Source: Oculina patagonica
Lineage: Eukaryota
Assembly (NCBI RefSeq): GCF_052425735.1
Contig: NC_135771.1
Location: 868,001-932,000, forward strand
Reading direction: 5' to 3'
Length of the DNA: 64,000 bases
Under the pieces are notes generated by a model that saw only the letters and a program-made list of their open reading frames with translations, ran no database searches and was not told the DNA's origin. This document shows, piece after piece, positions 51,020 through 64,000 of this stretch. Position 1 is the first letter of the stretch. Every line of letters begins with the position of its first letter. Position numbers and translations under genes: made by a program.

Positions 51020-51525
51020 CTTTATTTATAGAGGGTTACACGTGATAGTTTTACAACTAATAAATTTGTGGCCCTCTCTAATGTACTAAAAAATTAAGAA
51101 TCTACTATAAACAATAATCTAATTTAAAATTTAGTTAAAACCTAATTTAAAATCGAAATGTAAGTTAAAAATTTAAAAGCTAATCTACAATATTGATCCA
51201 AAGTTAATTATTACTAAATATCACAATCTAAAAGTTATTATCTAAAAAAGAAGTAAAAATATTATTCTTGAGCTGACTTAATTTAAAATATTTATACAAA
51301 GCATTCCTTAGGATATTTACAGATGAAGAGGTGCGTAACTTAAGGGGGAGGTGATTCCAGCATTTACTAGTCGTTGCGGAAAGCGTACGACCTCCCTCTT
51401 TCGCTCTATTAAATTTCGTTGGTAAAATGGTAAAATTAGCGCCTCGTGTATTCCTATGGTGCTGGCTGTTATTAAGTCTTAATAAGTCGTTTAAAAAAAA
51501 CTGATCAGTAGTATGAGGAATTAAG
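50974..51525 (-). mobile_element. CR1/L2-type LINE 3' end fragment with (TTGA)n tail
   Basis: ORF 51228-51587 ends in HHRNTRG...GGRTLSATTSKCWNHLPLKLRTSSSVNILRNAL, a typical LINE ORF2 C-terminus. The microsatellite tail is at 50974-51017. Confidence 0.75.
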
Positions 51526-52069
51526 TCCAGAATAGAAATAGAAACTCGGAAGAGGAAAAGGGCCTTTTTAAACGTAAATAAAATCATCGTGTCAACGTTG
51601 TTGACAGATGGTTTTTCATTGAAAACATAAATATTGATACAGTTCTGAAAACGGCAAGTCTGGGATAGGGTAGCGATTTTCGATGTTTTGTCCAGTAAAG
51701 GGTTGCGAAATCAGCTGAACAGGGTCTAGTATAGGGTAAGGGTTTCAGAGTTTCCCAGTGGCACACCCCCACCCAGAAATATATAGAGTACCCCCGGGAA
51801 AATCAGCGGTTCATTATAGAGAAAACATCAAGCTTCTCCTTGAATATGCATGAAAACACAGTGATTACAGATAAACTATTATTCCTAAGCTATATATTCT
51901 GACAAAATAAAATAAACTATAACGCAGATCATTGTAGTCTTTATTTGATGTGAAATTTAGATCAGTTGCAAACGTATTTTAATTTCACAAGCTGGTATGA
52001 CTTCTCTCACTAAGCTGAGTCAGTGTTGAGTATTAATGTTCTGCCAGATTCTGTTTTATGGCAGTGGTT

Positions 52070-52569
52070 NNNNNNNNNNNNNNNNNNNNNNNNNNNNNNN
52101 NNNNNNNNNNNNNNNNNNNNNNNNNNNNNNNNNNNNNNNNNNNNNNNNNNNNNNNNNNNNNNNNNNNNNNNNNNNNNNNNNNNNNNNNNNNNNNNNNNNN
52201 NNNNNNNNNNNNNNNNNNNNNNNNNNNNNNNNNNNNNNNNNNNNNNNNNNNNNNNNNNNNNNNNNNNNNNNNNNNNNNNNNNNNNNNNNNNNNNNNNNNN
52301 NNNNNNNNNNNNNNNNNNNNNNNNNNNNNNNNNNNNNNNNNNNNNNNNNNNNNNNNNNNNNNNNNNNNNNNNNNNNNNNNNNNNNNNNNNNNNNNNNNNN
52401 NNNNNNNNNNNNNNNNNNNNNNNNNNNNNNNNNNNNNNNNNNNNNNNNNNNNNNNNNNNNNNNNNNNNNNNNNNNNNNNNNNNNNNNNNNNNNNNNNNNN
52501 NNNNNNNNNNNNNNNNNNNNNNNNNNNNNNNNNNNNNNNNNNNNNNNNNNNNNNNNNNNNNNNNNNNNN
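52070..52569. other. Assembly gap, 500 N
   Basis: Run of N with a round-number placeholder length. Confidence 1.
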
Positions 52570-54243
52570 AAAATTATGTACCGAAATTATTTACACTTTA
52601 TTGCAAGCTTTTTTGTTACTGCTTCCAATATCTTACCCGCCAAAAGAAATCTTTTCTAACAACACCAAACATCGAAAACCAGTTTCCAAGTTCCACTGAT
52701 TTTTCACTGAATCGCTTAAAAAACGTGAGTTTTTGCCTTTAGTTTGTTAACTTTGAATTTCATTTTCTCAGACTCTGATAAGAAATTGTTGTACCAAAGT
52801 AATTTGCACCTTATTGCAACTTTTTTGTGTTACTGCTTTAAATATCTTATCAAAAGAAATCTTTTCTAACAACACCAAACATCGGAAACAAATTTCGAAG
52901 TTCCACTAAATTCCCCTGAATCGCTTAAAAGACGATTTTACCAAATGGCTACACGTGAGATTTTGCCTATAGCTTGTGAACATTGAAATTTATTTTTTCA
53001 GACTATGATTAGAAATTGTTATTGGTGTTGTCAGATATAATTACCTAGATCTTTACCTTTTATTAAGGAAAGGAAATAACGCAGTAGAATTTAAATTATT
53101 CTGGTACTCGATTTTTGTCCAACTTACATAAATATTACTCGACCTCTTGGTGGATCCCGTCTTACAATTATTCTGAACTACTGGATAAGTTAACATTGCG
53201 TTCGAGTTCCCGGTACCATAAGCTGGCGTTTAAAACAAGAAAATATCTATAAAGAGAGCTGTTATAGAAATTTAAGCGTATATACGATGACGACATCTAC
53301 CTGATATGTGTTCGTTAGCTGTATCATGGATGATATTCAGTCTTGTGTTTTGTATTTTATGGATAAGCGGTGGGGTAAATGTTTTCTCAGTCGGACTGTG
53401 ATTGACGTTCGTGTGTTTTTAACTCAGTGAGTTTTGTTCACTGGGCATTTTTTGAACATGCTCCATTGACTTGTGGGTTTTACAAATATGTTCAGTACAA
53501 TGTCCCTACTCTGCTCTGCTCTATTTGTGGTTCAAAATGAAAAGGAGGATCTCTGTCTAATTAAATTTTAAGTGGCTTTGTAACGGAAGGTTATGGAGTA
53601 CAAGGTGATGAAACCGTTGTCGATAAAGAAATAAACTGGGAAATTAAAAGAAATCTGAGAGCGCATTCAAATGCAAACAGTTAACACCGAAGTGGTGATG
53701 TATTTTATTTCTTTGGACGAGAATGGGATTTATGATGATCAATTGTTTAAGCCACTGAGTGTTTGTATATCTGCGAACGCCGACTAAAATTTCAGAATGC
53801 ATGCAAGATTTCATGTGTCTCAAATAAAAACATTTGTATAAATGTTTCACTGCACGTAAAATAAAAGCCAGCAGTTGTTTTGATACCAAAGAGTATAAGA
53901 GCACAGAAAGCGTTCACTGATAATTTTATGGCACAAATTCGTAGTTTAAATTAGTTCATTTTTATGACATTTATATTTATGTTTGAAACTGCACGTTGTA
54001 CAAAATAAAACCTTCCATTTACCTGATTGTCGAGGATATTTTTCCCCATTTGTATAAAATTCTAGTACCTTATGTGAGTTCCTAAATAGGTGTTTAGTAA
54101 TATCTTTTTCTTTGACCTTGGTTTAGGAACAATTTGTCAAGTTCAATACTTCAACTTTTTAGTTATCAATAAAACTAATTATTGATCTTTCACTTGTCTT
54201 CACGGGAATCCGTATACGTCACCGAGAGAAAGTGCTGCCTGAT

Positions 54244-54541
54244 GTAAATGTAAAAAAATGTAAATACAATTTTAAAGTCCATACGCAGGACGAGGTTACC
54301 CTCAGTGTCCGAGCCAGAGGCTCATGTATAAGACGTAGGACTGTTAAAGATCGAATTAGAATTTAGTAGTGTTGATTTTTGCGGAGGGAGGAAAACCGGA
54401 GAACCCGGAGAAAAACCCTCGGAGCGAGGACGAGAACCAACAACAAACTCAACCCACATATGACGCCGGGTCCGGGAATCGAACCCGGGCCACATTGGTG
54501 GGAGGCGAGTGCTCTCACCACTGCGCCATCCCCGCACCCCC
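54244..54541 (-). mobile_element. Young tRNA-derived SINE (V-domain-like), presence/absence polymorphic
   Basis: Intact A box TGGCGCAGTGG and B box GGTTCGATTCC, (TTTACA)n tail. Absent from the duplicate copy at ~37903 and flanked by a duplicated GAT. Confidence 0.85.
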
Positions 54542-55944
54542 GATCGTAAGTTATCAGCTTGAAAAAAGCATTAATGTAATTAAAAAAATCAGTCAATTTA
54601 AAGGAGAAATGATCCATTTAAATATTAAAAGTTGGAGAAGCTCTGGTTTTTTTACATTTGAGCACTATTAAATAAAGTAATCATTTTCTATGAATTTGAC
54701 GAAGGATTAGGTTAAGCGGAGCATTGACAGCCTTAATGTGATACTTTCCATTTAGAATTATACTAAAGGATGTTAAATGTAATTATTATAATTAAATGTT
54801 TTTAAAACCAAGAATAAGGAAGATTGGCTACAAAGGATTAATCGGAAGCAACTGCAAGTTGTGCTGCTACCAACATATATATTCCGGGTGCACCTCCATT
54901 GATTTTTTAAAAATCGTGCTTAAATTGAATTTTTTTTTTTTAAATGATTAATATATGGTCCTATATAGAAGTAAATTTATCAATCAATAATCATAAAAAT
55001 CCGTGTTATACGGTTTATTTCTAATGTTGCCAATAAATAATATTTCTAGGCTTTTTTACTTGTAGTACCTATAGTCCCAAGAATGACCAGAATCTTGTTT
55101 CGCTCATTATGATCTTTTTTAATTGTAATCATAAGAATCATGTGTGATACTTTACATAACTAAGGGTCTCAGCAGGCTAGTGAGTTTGCTGTCGATAACT
55201 TTTAGTGCTTAATAGAGCTTTTCCACTGGCTACGTAGACACCGAAGCTATCGATAGCTTTTTTGTTAGTTTTTCTCTTAATAACTAGCGTTTGCATGTCA
55301 CAATGCATGTTTCGGCGCTGAACTAGGACAACAAGCTGTGAAAAGTGGTAAGTTGTCAATAACGAAGTGTTTTCTTAACTGTGTTTTCGTCAACTCCTTT
55401 TACACACTGCCTTTTTTAGTAACGTTTTCGACAATTTAATAGTCGTTCTAAAAAAAATCTCTATATAGTTGGTTTGTCGAGGCTCAAATCTTAGATTACA
55501 AAACCTACAGTACAGCACCTGCATTAGTTTACATTATTATTGTCGAATAATATTATTTACATCACTTACCCTATAACATTTTTATTTACGTATATTACAT
55601 TTTGAACATTTTTACAACGGGTAAACAGATAAGTTAATATAAGTATTGTATAACAAGTCGTGAGTAGTGGACGTATCTTTTTGTAAGCGACGCCTTTCTT
55701 GTTTGTTGCAAAAAAGAAAGAAAAAAAAATAGTTCTGTTAGATTGTTGGGCAAAGAAAGCCAAAATATAAGTTTAAAAATGATTACTATCTACAGCTTGA
55801 AACAGAAACGGTAATTCGATTGGTGAGTTTTCCAAGTATATGAAATGATACTCACAGCGAATTTGAACGTGAACCTGATATACGTGTACCTCATATGGTA
55901 ATAAGAACAAGTCGGTAAAGTTATTAACTATAGATTCCTTCTTG

Positions 55945-58669
55945 TTATAGCTTGCTCTGTGTTAAGAAGTTATTGACGGTCTCGTGGCCTATGTGAGTAA
56001 TTTCCTCATCTTCTCGTGGTATTCCAGTCAGTGAAATTTTTCTGTTGCTTTCTTCTTGGGAATTCTCTGGTTTTGCCTGGGAGCCCTCACGTACGAATGA
56101 TGAGTAGTCCACAAACCTTGATCCTTCCGGTTGTTGCTCCGTTTTACTCAACCGTCCATCGTGACTACTTCTGGTACCTCTTTCCTTTGCTGTTATGTCT
56201 GTCTCTTCAGGCGCCACTTCCACTTTCCTCCAGAAACAGAGAATTCTTGTAAATTTTTTCCTGTAATTGCGGTTGGTAGCTCCGTAAATCCAAGGATTCA
56301 CACAAGAATTGAACATGGCTAAGACAACTGTGGCGTGATGCAGAGGTGTATCCAACTGGGTGATGCTGAACTTTGACAGGACGTAGACAAACTGGTTTGG
56401 AATCCAACATAGTGCCAAGAACAAACCTGTTATAGCGCACATGCGCAAAAGGCTGTTGAAAGATTTAGTGCTGTTGCTCCTGGCGAGACGATCACGTGAC
56501 TTGCGCATAACTCGATACAAGTGAAAAAATGTGATCATGGAAATAAACAGTGGGATAAAAAATGTGAATGCTACGTAAACGACGGTAATAATTTGAGACG
56601 TTAACTTGTTTTCAATCAGCGTTATCCAGACACAAGACTGGACTCCGTCTACCATGACAAGTTTCTTTTCAATTAATGCCTGCCAGTTAAGCGCACAGCA
56701 AAACATGGAAACGCTTGTAATATACACGATGGCTTTCCACCTCTTGAACGTAGCCTTGTACTTGACAGGCCTTGTAATTGCATACCAGCGGTCTATTGCT
56801 AAAAGCATCACTATAGCAACGGAGATCTTGCCGAAGGTAAAGACGAAGTAATGGGAACTAAGGATATGGCAGAAAACCTCTCCCGCAAAGTTTTTTGGGA
56901 CGGGAAAGTTTTCATCTCCTATGACAAAGGCTGGAGTAATGGCCAATATAAATCCTGCGGAGACCAACAAAAAAAAATAAGTTTGAGATTTCTTAAACAA
57001 TATGTAGTTAATATATTCAGCTCTTCGCTCATTGCTTCTTGCATCAATGTTTTGTGTAATCCGCGCACATTCTTTTCTGTTCATTTTTCTCTTCGACACT
57101 TTCCAATTACATAATCATAATTCTTTCACATGTTTTCGCGTGGTCGTTTGCCTTTGTTTTGTTTCGTTCTTTATAGCTTTAATAACTTTGTACGGACTGT
57201 GTATCTCAATGTTATGAGTTGAGTGTAACTCAGAATGGATTGGAGCTTTTGTAAGCCTAGCCCAAATAAGCGCCAGTACTTTGCAATTAGATTGCCTTGC
57301 AAAGACGAAATGTACGACCAACAAATGCAACACATCAACGCTTAACCGTTGCGAGACAAGTTACTTGAAAAACTGCCTTTCGTAAGATCGTTTTGCTTTT
57401 CATAACTTCGCTTCAATCTGTTGAAATCTGATATTTCTCGCTCATAAAAAGTCAGCCTGCTCAAAAGTTTTCATTTGAGCGTCCATGGTAACACCGAAAA
57501 TGCTAAAGAGACAATAGGTCCGATGTGTTTTTCTTTTGCTTTAATGGCAGAAAATTCTGAACATGTACAAGTGTTTAGTTTCTTCCTTTATTGCTTTCTT
57601 TGGAATCAATTAAAAGTTAGAAAATTAATTTGAACTTGTAATATCTTCCTCTGTAACTAAGCGTACATGAAAATTTCACAGAGGGAAATTACGCACGCCA
57701 TAAAAGCCTTGTAACAGGTGTATTTTAGGATGAATTCAAGAATGGCATGTTTTATTGACTTATCCAAGAAGAACATGCTTGTGAGCTATCATCTGTAGGT
57801 TTTACTGTACTGACGGTACAGTAAATCGCAGGTGTTCCAGGATATTTTCTGCTTATGTTTCAAGGCGATCACAAGGAGGCACAACGTATTGGTGCTATAA
57901 CCGTCAATATTAATCAAATCGGAAGGCCGTCAACAAGTTTTAAATACTGGTTCACTTTTCCAAAAAAACGTAAATGAAAAAAGTTAATTAGCTTTGTAAA
58001 AAGCTATGACATCCGTGAAATTAAAAAGTGTGGCCATAAAAAGTCTCCCTAAAGCTTTAGCTTAATCAACATGAATATTTTTTATATAGCGCAAATTGAA
58101 TATAAAAGTTTTCGTTATATCTAATATTTGTAACTCAGATAAGAATAATTTTGTTCACGTGGAAAAAAGGCCTATTTTTAATTGCTATTTTTAATTGAGT
58201 GAAGTTATAACAAATTTGCATTTTAACCAAACACTTTGTTCGTTGTAAGATGGCTTCCGTCGTAATATACCACGGAGTTCGCTACAAATATGTGAAAACG
58301 CCAAGTCAGTGTTTTAAAATTTGTAAGTGGCAGGTTCTGTAAAATTTGTTTCTATTGTGTCCAGAAGCTCCCGGTTTCTCTCATTGGATTTCTTTTGTGC
58401 TGAGTTCAGTGTTTTTTTGTCTTTTTTGACAAAAAGCGTAACGTTTGTAACCTACCTGTAAACATATCAGTGAAGGCCAGCGAGAGAATCATCAAATTGT
58501 ATGAGTTCTTCAACATGGTCCGACTTCGGAGAATAACAGCACAAACCAAACCATTGCCTAAAAGCGCCAGTGCAGCGATAACTCCAAATGTTACCCTTAG
58601 AGGGGTTCGAGAGTGGTCGATATTGGTTTTATTGTCTGCTGGCTCTGTATCGTTCATGGAAAGCGTCAT
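55945..58669 (-). CDS. Class A GPCR, near-identical copy or allele of paralogue 3, ~407 aa
   Basis: Exons 58669-58456 and 56954-55945. The protein is identical to 39325-42021 except for 5 substitutions in the C-terminal tail. Confidence 0.9.
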
Positions 58670-61600
58670 GGCTTTTTAGCACTAGTTTAGTAACAGGTAT
58701 TATCTGGGAAAGAAGACAAACTTGAGATGAATACAATGGCAAATTAGGCTTACGGTCGGTTTCAGATACACCATTTAATATCTTATTGTCATCGGTCTAG
58801 TTACTTACCTGGTACCAACTTAACTTTGTTATTTTTTAATTGTTAAGAAGCCTTTGGAAATAGACAAAATAATTTAAAATTGTCTGCACCAGCTGCAGCT
58901 GAGACTGGCACTCCCGTATTGGAATGGTCAATCACTATCACACAATACGCTGCAGCGCAATGGGCAGGCGTTGACTCTGGGCAGGCAGAGCACATCATCT
59001 CTGTCCTTCGGGACAGAGCTCTGCCAACAACAAATACTAAGCCTTCTTAATCTGTTGATGTATAAATCATATTTGCTCCTCAAACAAAATTGGAAAAAAA
59101 GTTGATTGTGGCATCCAAAAATTTACAACTTACCAAAAACTTTACTCTCGAGATTTTATCATTTACATAAAAGAAAAATGTAATTAGAATTGTGTACTAT
59201 TCGCAATGAAATTTTTGTCTTAGGGCTATCAGTTTTCGATAAAAAGTCGATCGGTTTTTACCTTATCTGGAATATTCTATTTTTACCTTATCAGCTTGAG
59301 GGACGTAACAAGTACAGTCGCTGATAAAAGAAACGCAAGTGGCATAAGGAGACAGCCTACCGTACGAAGATGAGTTGGAAAGTAAGTATTGCTTTATCAA
59401 CCCCACGCAAAGTCTAGTTGGCGTCTCCAAAGTTTCCCTTTATTAGTCCTTTTTTACGTTTTCATTTCTGTTTTAATTATAGTTTATAAAATTATGGTTC
59501 TAAAATATGCGCTCCGATTGGTTGGCTAGGCGTTTTGTATAAAGCTATTTAAACACGGCTGACTCCACATTAAAATTCTCGTCTCTATTTTACACCCGAA
59601 AAAGAATATTGAAACTTCATGTTTACTTAGCTCGCTGTAAACACTGGGAGGCACGAACAACAAACCTCGTCTTTAGTTATAATTCACAGAAAAATAATAC
59701 CTCTTCCCAACTTACGTGAATTCTACGTAAACGCAAGCGTTCACATTCAGTACTGTTGCGCTGTAAAGCTACTGGTCCTACTGAATCACTTCGACAATAA
59801 TAATTTTCAAAGCAGAGGCATACTAAATTTTCTCAGCAACAAACTAATTGATATCTCGAGATATCGAATGACTTTGCTAATTTTCTTCTCTTTAAACTTC
59901 AGTAATAAAACAATTTCAGACCTGCCAGCATTCTATTAAAAGCAGCAGTGTGATTGAAACTCTCATGTAACATAACACCTTTTGCGTAGAATTTATGTTT
60001 CGTGTAGAATAACCCACAAGAAATATGATTTGTCTTGTAGAAAAAATACTTACTTTAACGTTCCAACTTGACGATGTTCTCGTTTCAAAACTGAAATTCA
60101 GCTGATATTTCTATGAATACTCTTTGCTTGCTCAGTTCAATCACGGTAATACCACCGAAACGGATTCGCTTTTCTTAATCTTACAGCGCTTCTAGCAATA
60201 CTTGAACACACTGAAGCACTTATATAGCAATTCGGCGGTAAATGTGTTTATCCCTAAGTTCGTGCCGTGCTCTTTAAGTTTGTAATTTAAGGAGTCGGTG
60301 AACGGATGCGGAAATGGGATTTCTGCCTCAAGAATTAATAACAAACGTCAAAATAATAATTGAGTGCACTTGTAAAATGCTTAAAGCTAATCAAGATTGT
60401 TTTCTTGTACTGACAAAATAGCAAAACAATTTCCACTTGATATGACTTTTAATGGATTAAAGATTGATCCTGACATTGTCTACCAAATTGCAAAAATAGA
60501 TATGATAAGACTCAAAAAACAACCTTCAAGTTATCATTCACTAAGGTGGACAAAATCGATGTTGACTTGTTTTCTACGGTACATTGATAAAAACTCAGCG
60601 TTTATGGTTTTCACTGCTAACATTTTTCTTTACTTTTTCTTTCGTCGATACTTTCGGAGATGCTTCAATGCTGACAATTTCCAAGTCTATACGTTTGAAA
60701 ATTTATTTTTATATTAAAATTGCAATTTTTCTCAAACGTACCGATATATGAGCGGCATTTTTGGCTGTCTTACCGCATATTATCAAAACACACGGTCGTC
60801 TTCAAAACTTCCTATCATAACTTTTGAATTGTAAAATCAAATTTTAGGTCATTCTACAAACTACGTAAGTGAGTCCTTTGTAGTTATTTTACCATAAATA
60901 CGACAACAGTTTCCAAACAGATTTAGGATGTAACTGATGAAAGCGACACTATTAATCATTAATCGGTCTCATTGCTGTTCCAAAACCTCGTTAAATTTTT
61001 TTATTTTAGCGATTAAGCCGACTTCTTCGTATTAAACTGTCTTCATTTCCCGTTTAAAAACATGATTAATTTTGTCTTAAGCTGATTCGTTTCTTCTATT
61101 TTAGGTTTTTTGTAATCCGGTATGCGGCTTAAGAAAGGAAGTGCATTAAATTTTGAGGTAGGTTAACATAATTAGTTAACCTCTCGATAAAACTATAAGT
61201 AATACCTTTATCGGAAGCAAGTAATTACAGATAGTGGTGTTATTGAAGTCTCCAGCGAAACTTCTGATGTAGATTACGACGATGCTGATAACATATGCTC
61301 GTTTAATTCTCTATTCCGACAAAAAGGTAAAGGTTACAAAAACTTTAAAATAGTGATCGATAATTTGTATTTTTTTACTACGAATGTTCTCCATTAACAA
61401 CTTGCTGTTATAGGCGTACAAAGATTCGTGTATATGCACGAAGCGAAATGCGAAGGAAATGGACCATTAATTAAAACACAAAATATGACAATCATTTTGA
61501 ATTATAAAGGTACTACAGATATGAAGTTTATATGAGTCTTTTTCAATTCTCTTCAATAAATAACCTTCTTAAAAGAAGGTTGCCGATTTAAGTTCAGCTT

Positions 61601-62362
61601 AATTTAATTAATAACTTCTATTTTCGTAACATTTTGTTTTGAGAGTTTGCGCCCACATTTTATCAAGTTGTCTTTAAATCCATTCTACATATATCCTAAA
61701 TGCGTTGCATCGCTATCGTGAAGATCATCGGTTCAGAATATGAACAAACCCACCAAACAAGCATCCGTACCTGGCAACGCGATACAGTTTAGATACTAGG
61801 CTAGGCTTGCGATAGTGCTATCAATTGTAGAGTGCTTGCTAAACTATTTTATTATTCGTGGTAAAACTTTGCACAGAGTTATCTTAAAATGGTCAACGAT
61901 TGTGAAATGACGTACTTTTACATTTTCATAAGTTATCTATGTTCATAAGTTATTTATGTATTTATTTCTTGAGTCTGTTTCCCACGCATGTGAATTCTAC
62001 GCGCAAGCAAGTTGCACCTTTCTGTCCACTGTTTGTCACTGACTGCATCCATTCAAATGATAATTATTCATTCATTCATTCGTTCATTCATTCTTTCATT
62101 TCTTTCTTTCTTTCTTTATTTATTGTTTTATTAATATCTATTTTTTAACGTGCTTGAAGATTTTAAAATGACATATTATTGACATATTATTTTCCACGTT
62201 AGATCAAGTTTTGTCTGTTTAGGCCTCCTACAATGGTGAAAAATTGCTCTGGGAATATTTTTTAAATAATTTTTTAAAAAGAGAGGCCGAGGAGGCAAGG
62301 TTTTCCTCGGTTATTGCCTGTCAAGATATCTGTTATTTATTTAATTATTTATTTATTTATTT

Positions 62363-64000
62363 ATCTAGGGGCAACCGCACAAACAAGATAGTGACAATCA
62401 TTTTTTTTTTCGTGGTCGGTTATAACATTAAAACTTTATTTCACTGTTATCGACTCTCCGAGATCATCCGTTTACATGTAGTTAAAAAACACCATGAACG
62501 CCACATCCATGGAAGAGGAAGAGTAGAGCAGTACTACTTCTTCGGGGAGTGTCAAGCACATAAGACCCTCGCCCTGAATGACACATAAATTGCAGACAAT
62601 AGGCTACCCTAATACCAAACTCTGTAGTAGCTCGATCATGGAGACTATACGGAGCGGGATATCCTCTTTGACCATGTCAATGAGACGTGTGCCCGTGTAA
62701 ATGTCATATTTTGAAAGAAACATCTTCAAACTGATAATGGATACAGAGTGTCCGAAGCAAGTCTTCGAAATTTAAAAGTATGTTTTTTTCAAATGTTTAA
62801 TTTCGCCCATACTTTTAAGAAATCTCGCTAATATTTTGAAAGGTACGATTTTCTTTAACTTCCTAAACATGCACGACAGTGACCATACACCACTTATATA
62901 TCAAACAACGTAGCTCCTAGCTTCCTAGTCAACAAAGGAATTGTATTGTGTAGAATTGTTGCTGGACGCACACAGTTGGCGTTTTGCCCAGCAAACTAGT
63001 ACTAATTAAGATAAAGATATACAAACGAGAATTTCGCTCGCATAGCGACCCCTTACTCCCTCAACGAAACAACTCAATGTAAACAATAAAAGTAAGTTAG
63101 ACTTTTGATGCATTTAACCAACAATTTAAGCAATGAGATGTGCCCGCACACACTCAAGATAAATAAACTGAACTCTTGCCGATCAAAATAAATGTTAGCA
63201 AGTTTTAAGAAAATATATAAGCAAGACGTTTGCTCGTACACGCTCGAGATAATTTAAAAGTAATTTTCGCCCAAAAGAGCAAGCGAGACTTTTACTCGTA
63301 ATGAAAAAAAAAAAGGAAAAAGAAAAAAAAAATGAGTTCCGTCCAGATTTGAACCAACGACCGGGACATACAGCATGTGGAACTGCTCTCTCCCAAATGA
63401 GCTATTGTAACGTTTTACGGTACAGAAATTTTTTTGGATTATTTATATATTATATTTGAACAAGCTTTAAAAAATCGTTAATTGTTCAGCCATGAGTAAA
63501 CAAATTGCTTTAAACGAATGCCTCTATTTTAGCCAGTCATACAGAGATAATGTCCACCAAATGTCGTTAATATTGAATGGGAGCGAATTATTTATATATA
63601 TGCAAAAAAATTAGTTTCACCTGGGGCATAACAGCTTGATTTCTCGGTGGTGTTTTTTTTTTTCTACACTACAAACGTTCCAATTCTATCGACGGCTGAA
63701 GTCTCTCTGAAATAGCCGGCGTTCGAACTCAACATACTGAAACATCAAAATTTACTGTTGCGTTTGTTAAAATAAAACGGCATACTCAGAAAAAAAAAGA
63801 TTATAGCATCCGTTTGCATTTGAACCAACGACCAAGGCATACACAACTTCCGTAGAAGTGTTCTCTACCAACTGAGCTATCGTAACTTTGCATGGTACAA
63901 ACTATTTTGTTTTGTATATTTGAAAATTATATTGGACGCGCTTGGAAAAAAAATGTTTAACTACTCGGTTATGATTAAACAAAACCCGAAAAAACGCTTT
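62363..64000. mobile_element. Probable repeat element inserted at the (TTTA)n tract, with two tRNA-like units; runs off the window end
   Basis: Homology with copy 1 stops abruptly in the (TTTA)n tract. Related degenerate tRNA-like segments lie on the minus strand at ~63340-63410 and ~63810-63885. Confidence 0.45.

Larger units (their letters stand above)
52570..62362 (+). repeat. Direct duplicate of 36363-45760 (copy 2), likely alternative haplotype
   Basis: Begins immediately after the N gap. Differs by scattered SNPs, small indels and two larger insertions (~53180-53308 and 54244-54541). Confidence 0.95.

Noticed and set aside
52023-52742. Long ORFs of X residues
   Set aside because: Translation through the N gap.
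54470-54541. tRNA gene candidates (also 8340-8418, 5965-6030, 63340-63885)
   Set aside because: SINE heads or degenerate tRNA-like pieces without a complete cloverleaf.

Overview
Eukaryotic, AT-rich, intron-containing DNA. The repeat families and genes point to a cnidarian, probably a scleractinian coral (inference). Contents: (1) a complete 14-exon SLC38A9 lysosomal amino-acid transporter gene (+, 5284-14801, 562 aa) with a CpG-depleted body; (2) a complete 6-exon, strongly divergent beta-tubulin gene (-, 24463-17867, 454 aa); (3) a cluster of two-exon class A GPCR paralogues sharing one intron position (four genes plus a near-identical copy); (4) a ~9.4 kb near-identical duplication starting right after a 500-N gap, probably an uncollapsed haplotype; (5) many SINEs, MITEs and LINE 3' ends, and a Penelope-type minimal hammerhead ribozyme (30306-30349, -). 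The most unexplained signal is three short GC/CpG-rich islands with extensive self-complementarity (about 1700-1990, 3652-3890, 16241-16705). They do not fit host composition, two are bounded by 9-11 bp direct repeats, and I could not assign them to any RNA family. All exon boundaries and alignments were read by eye; no searches were run.
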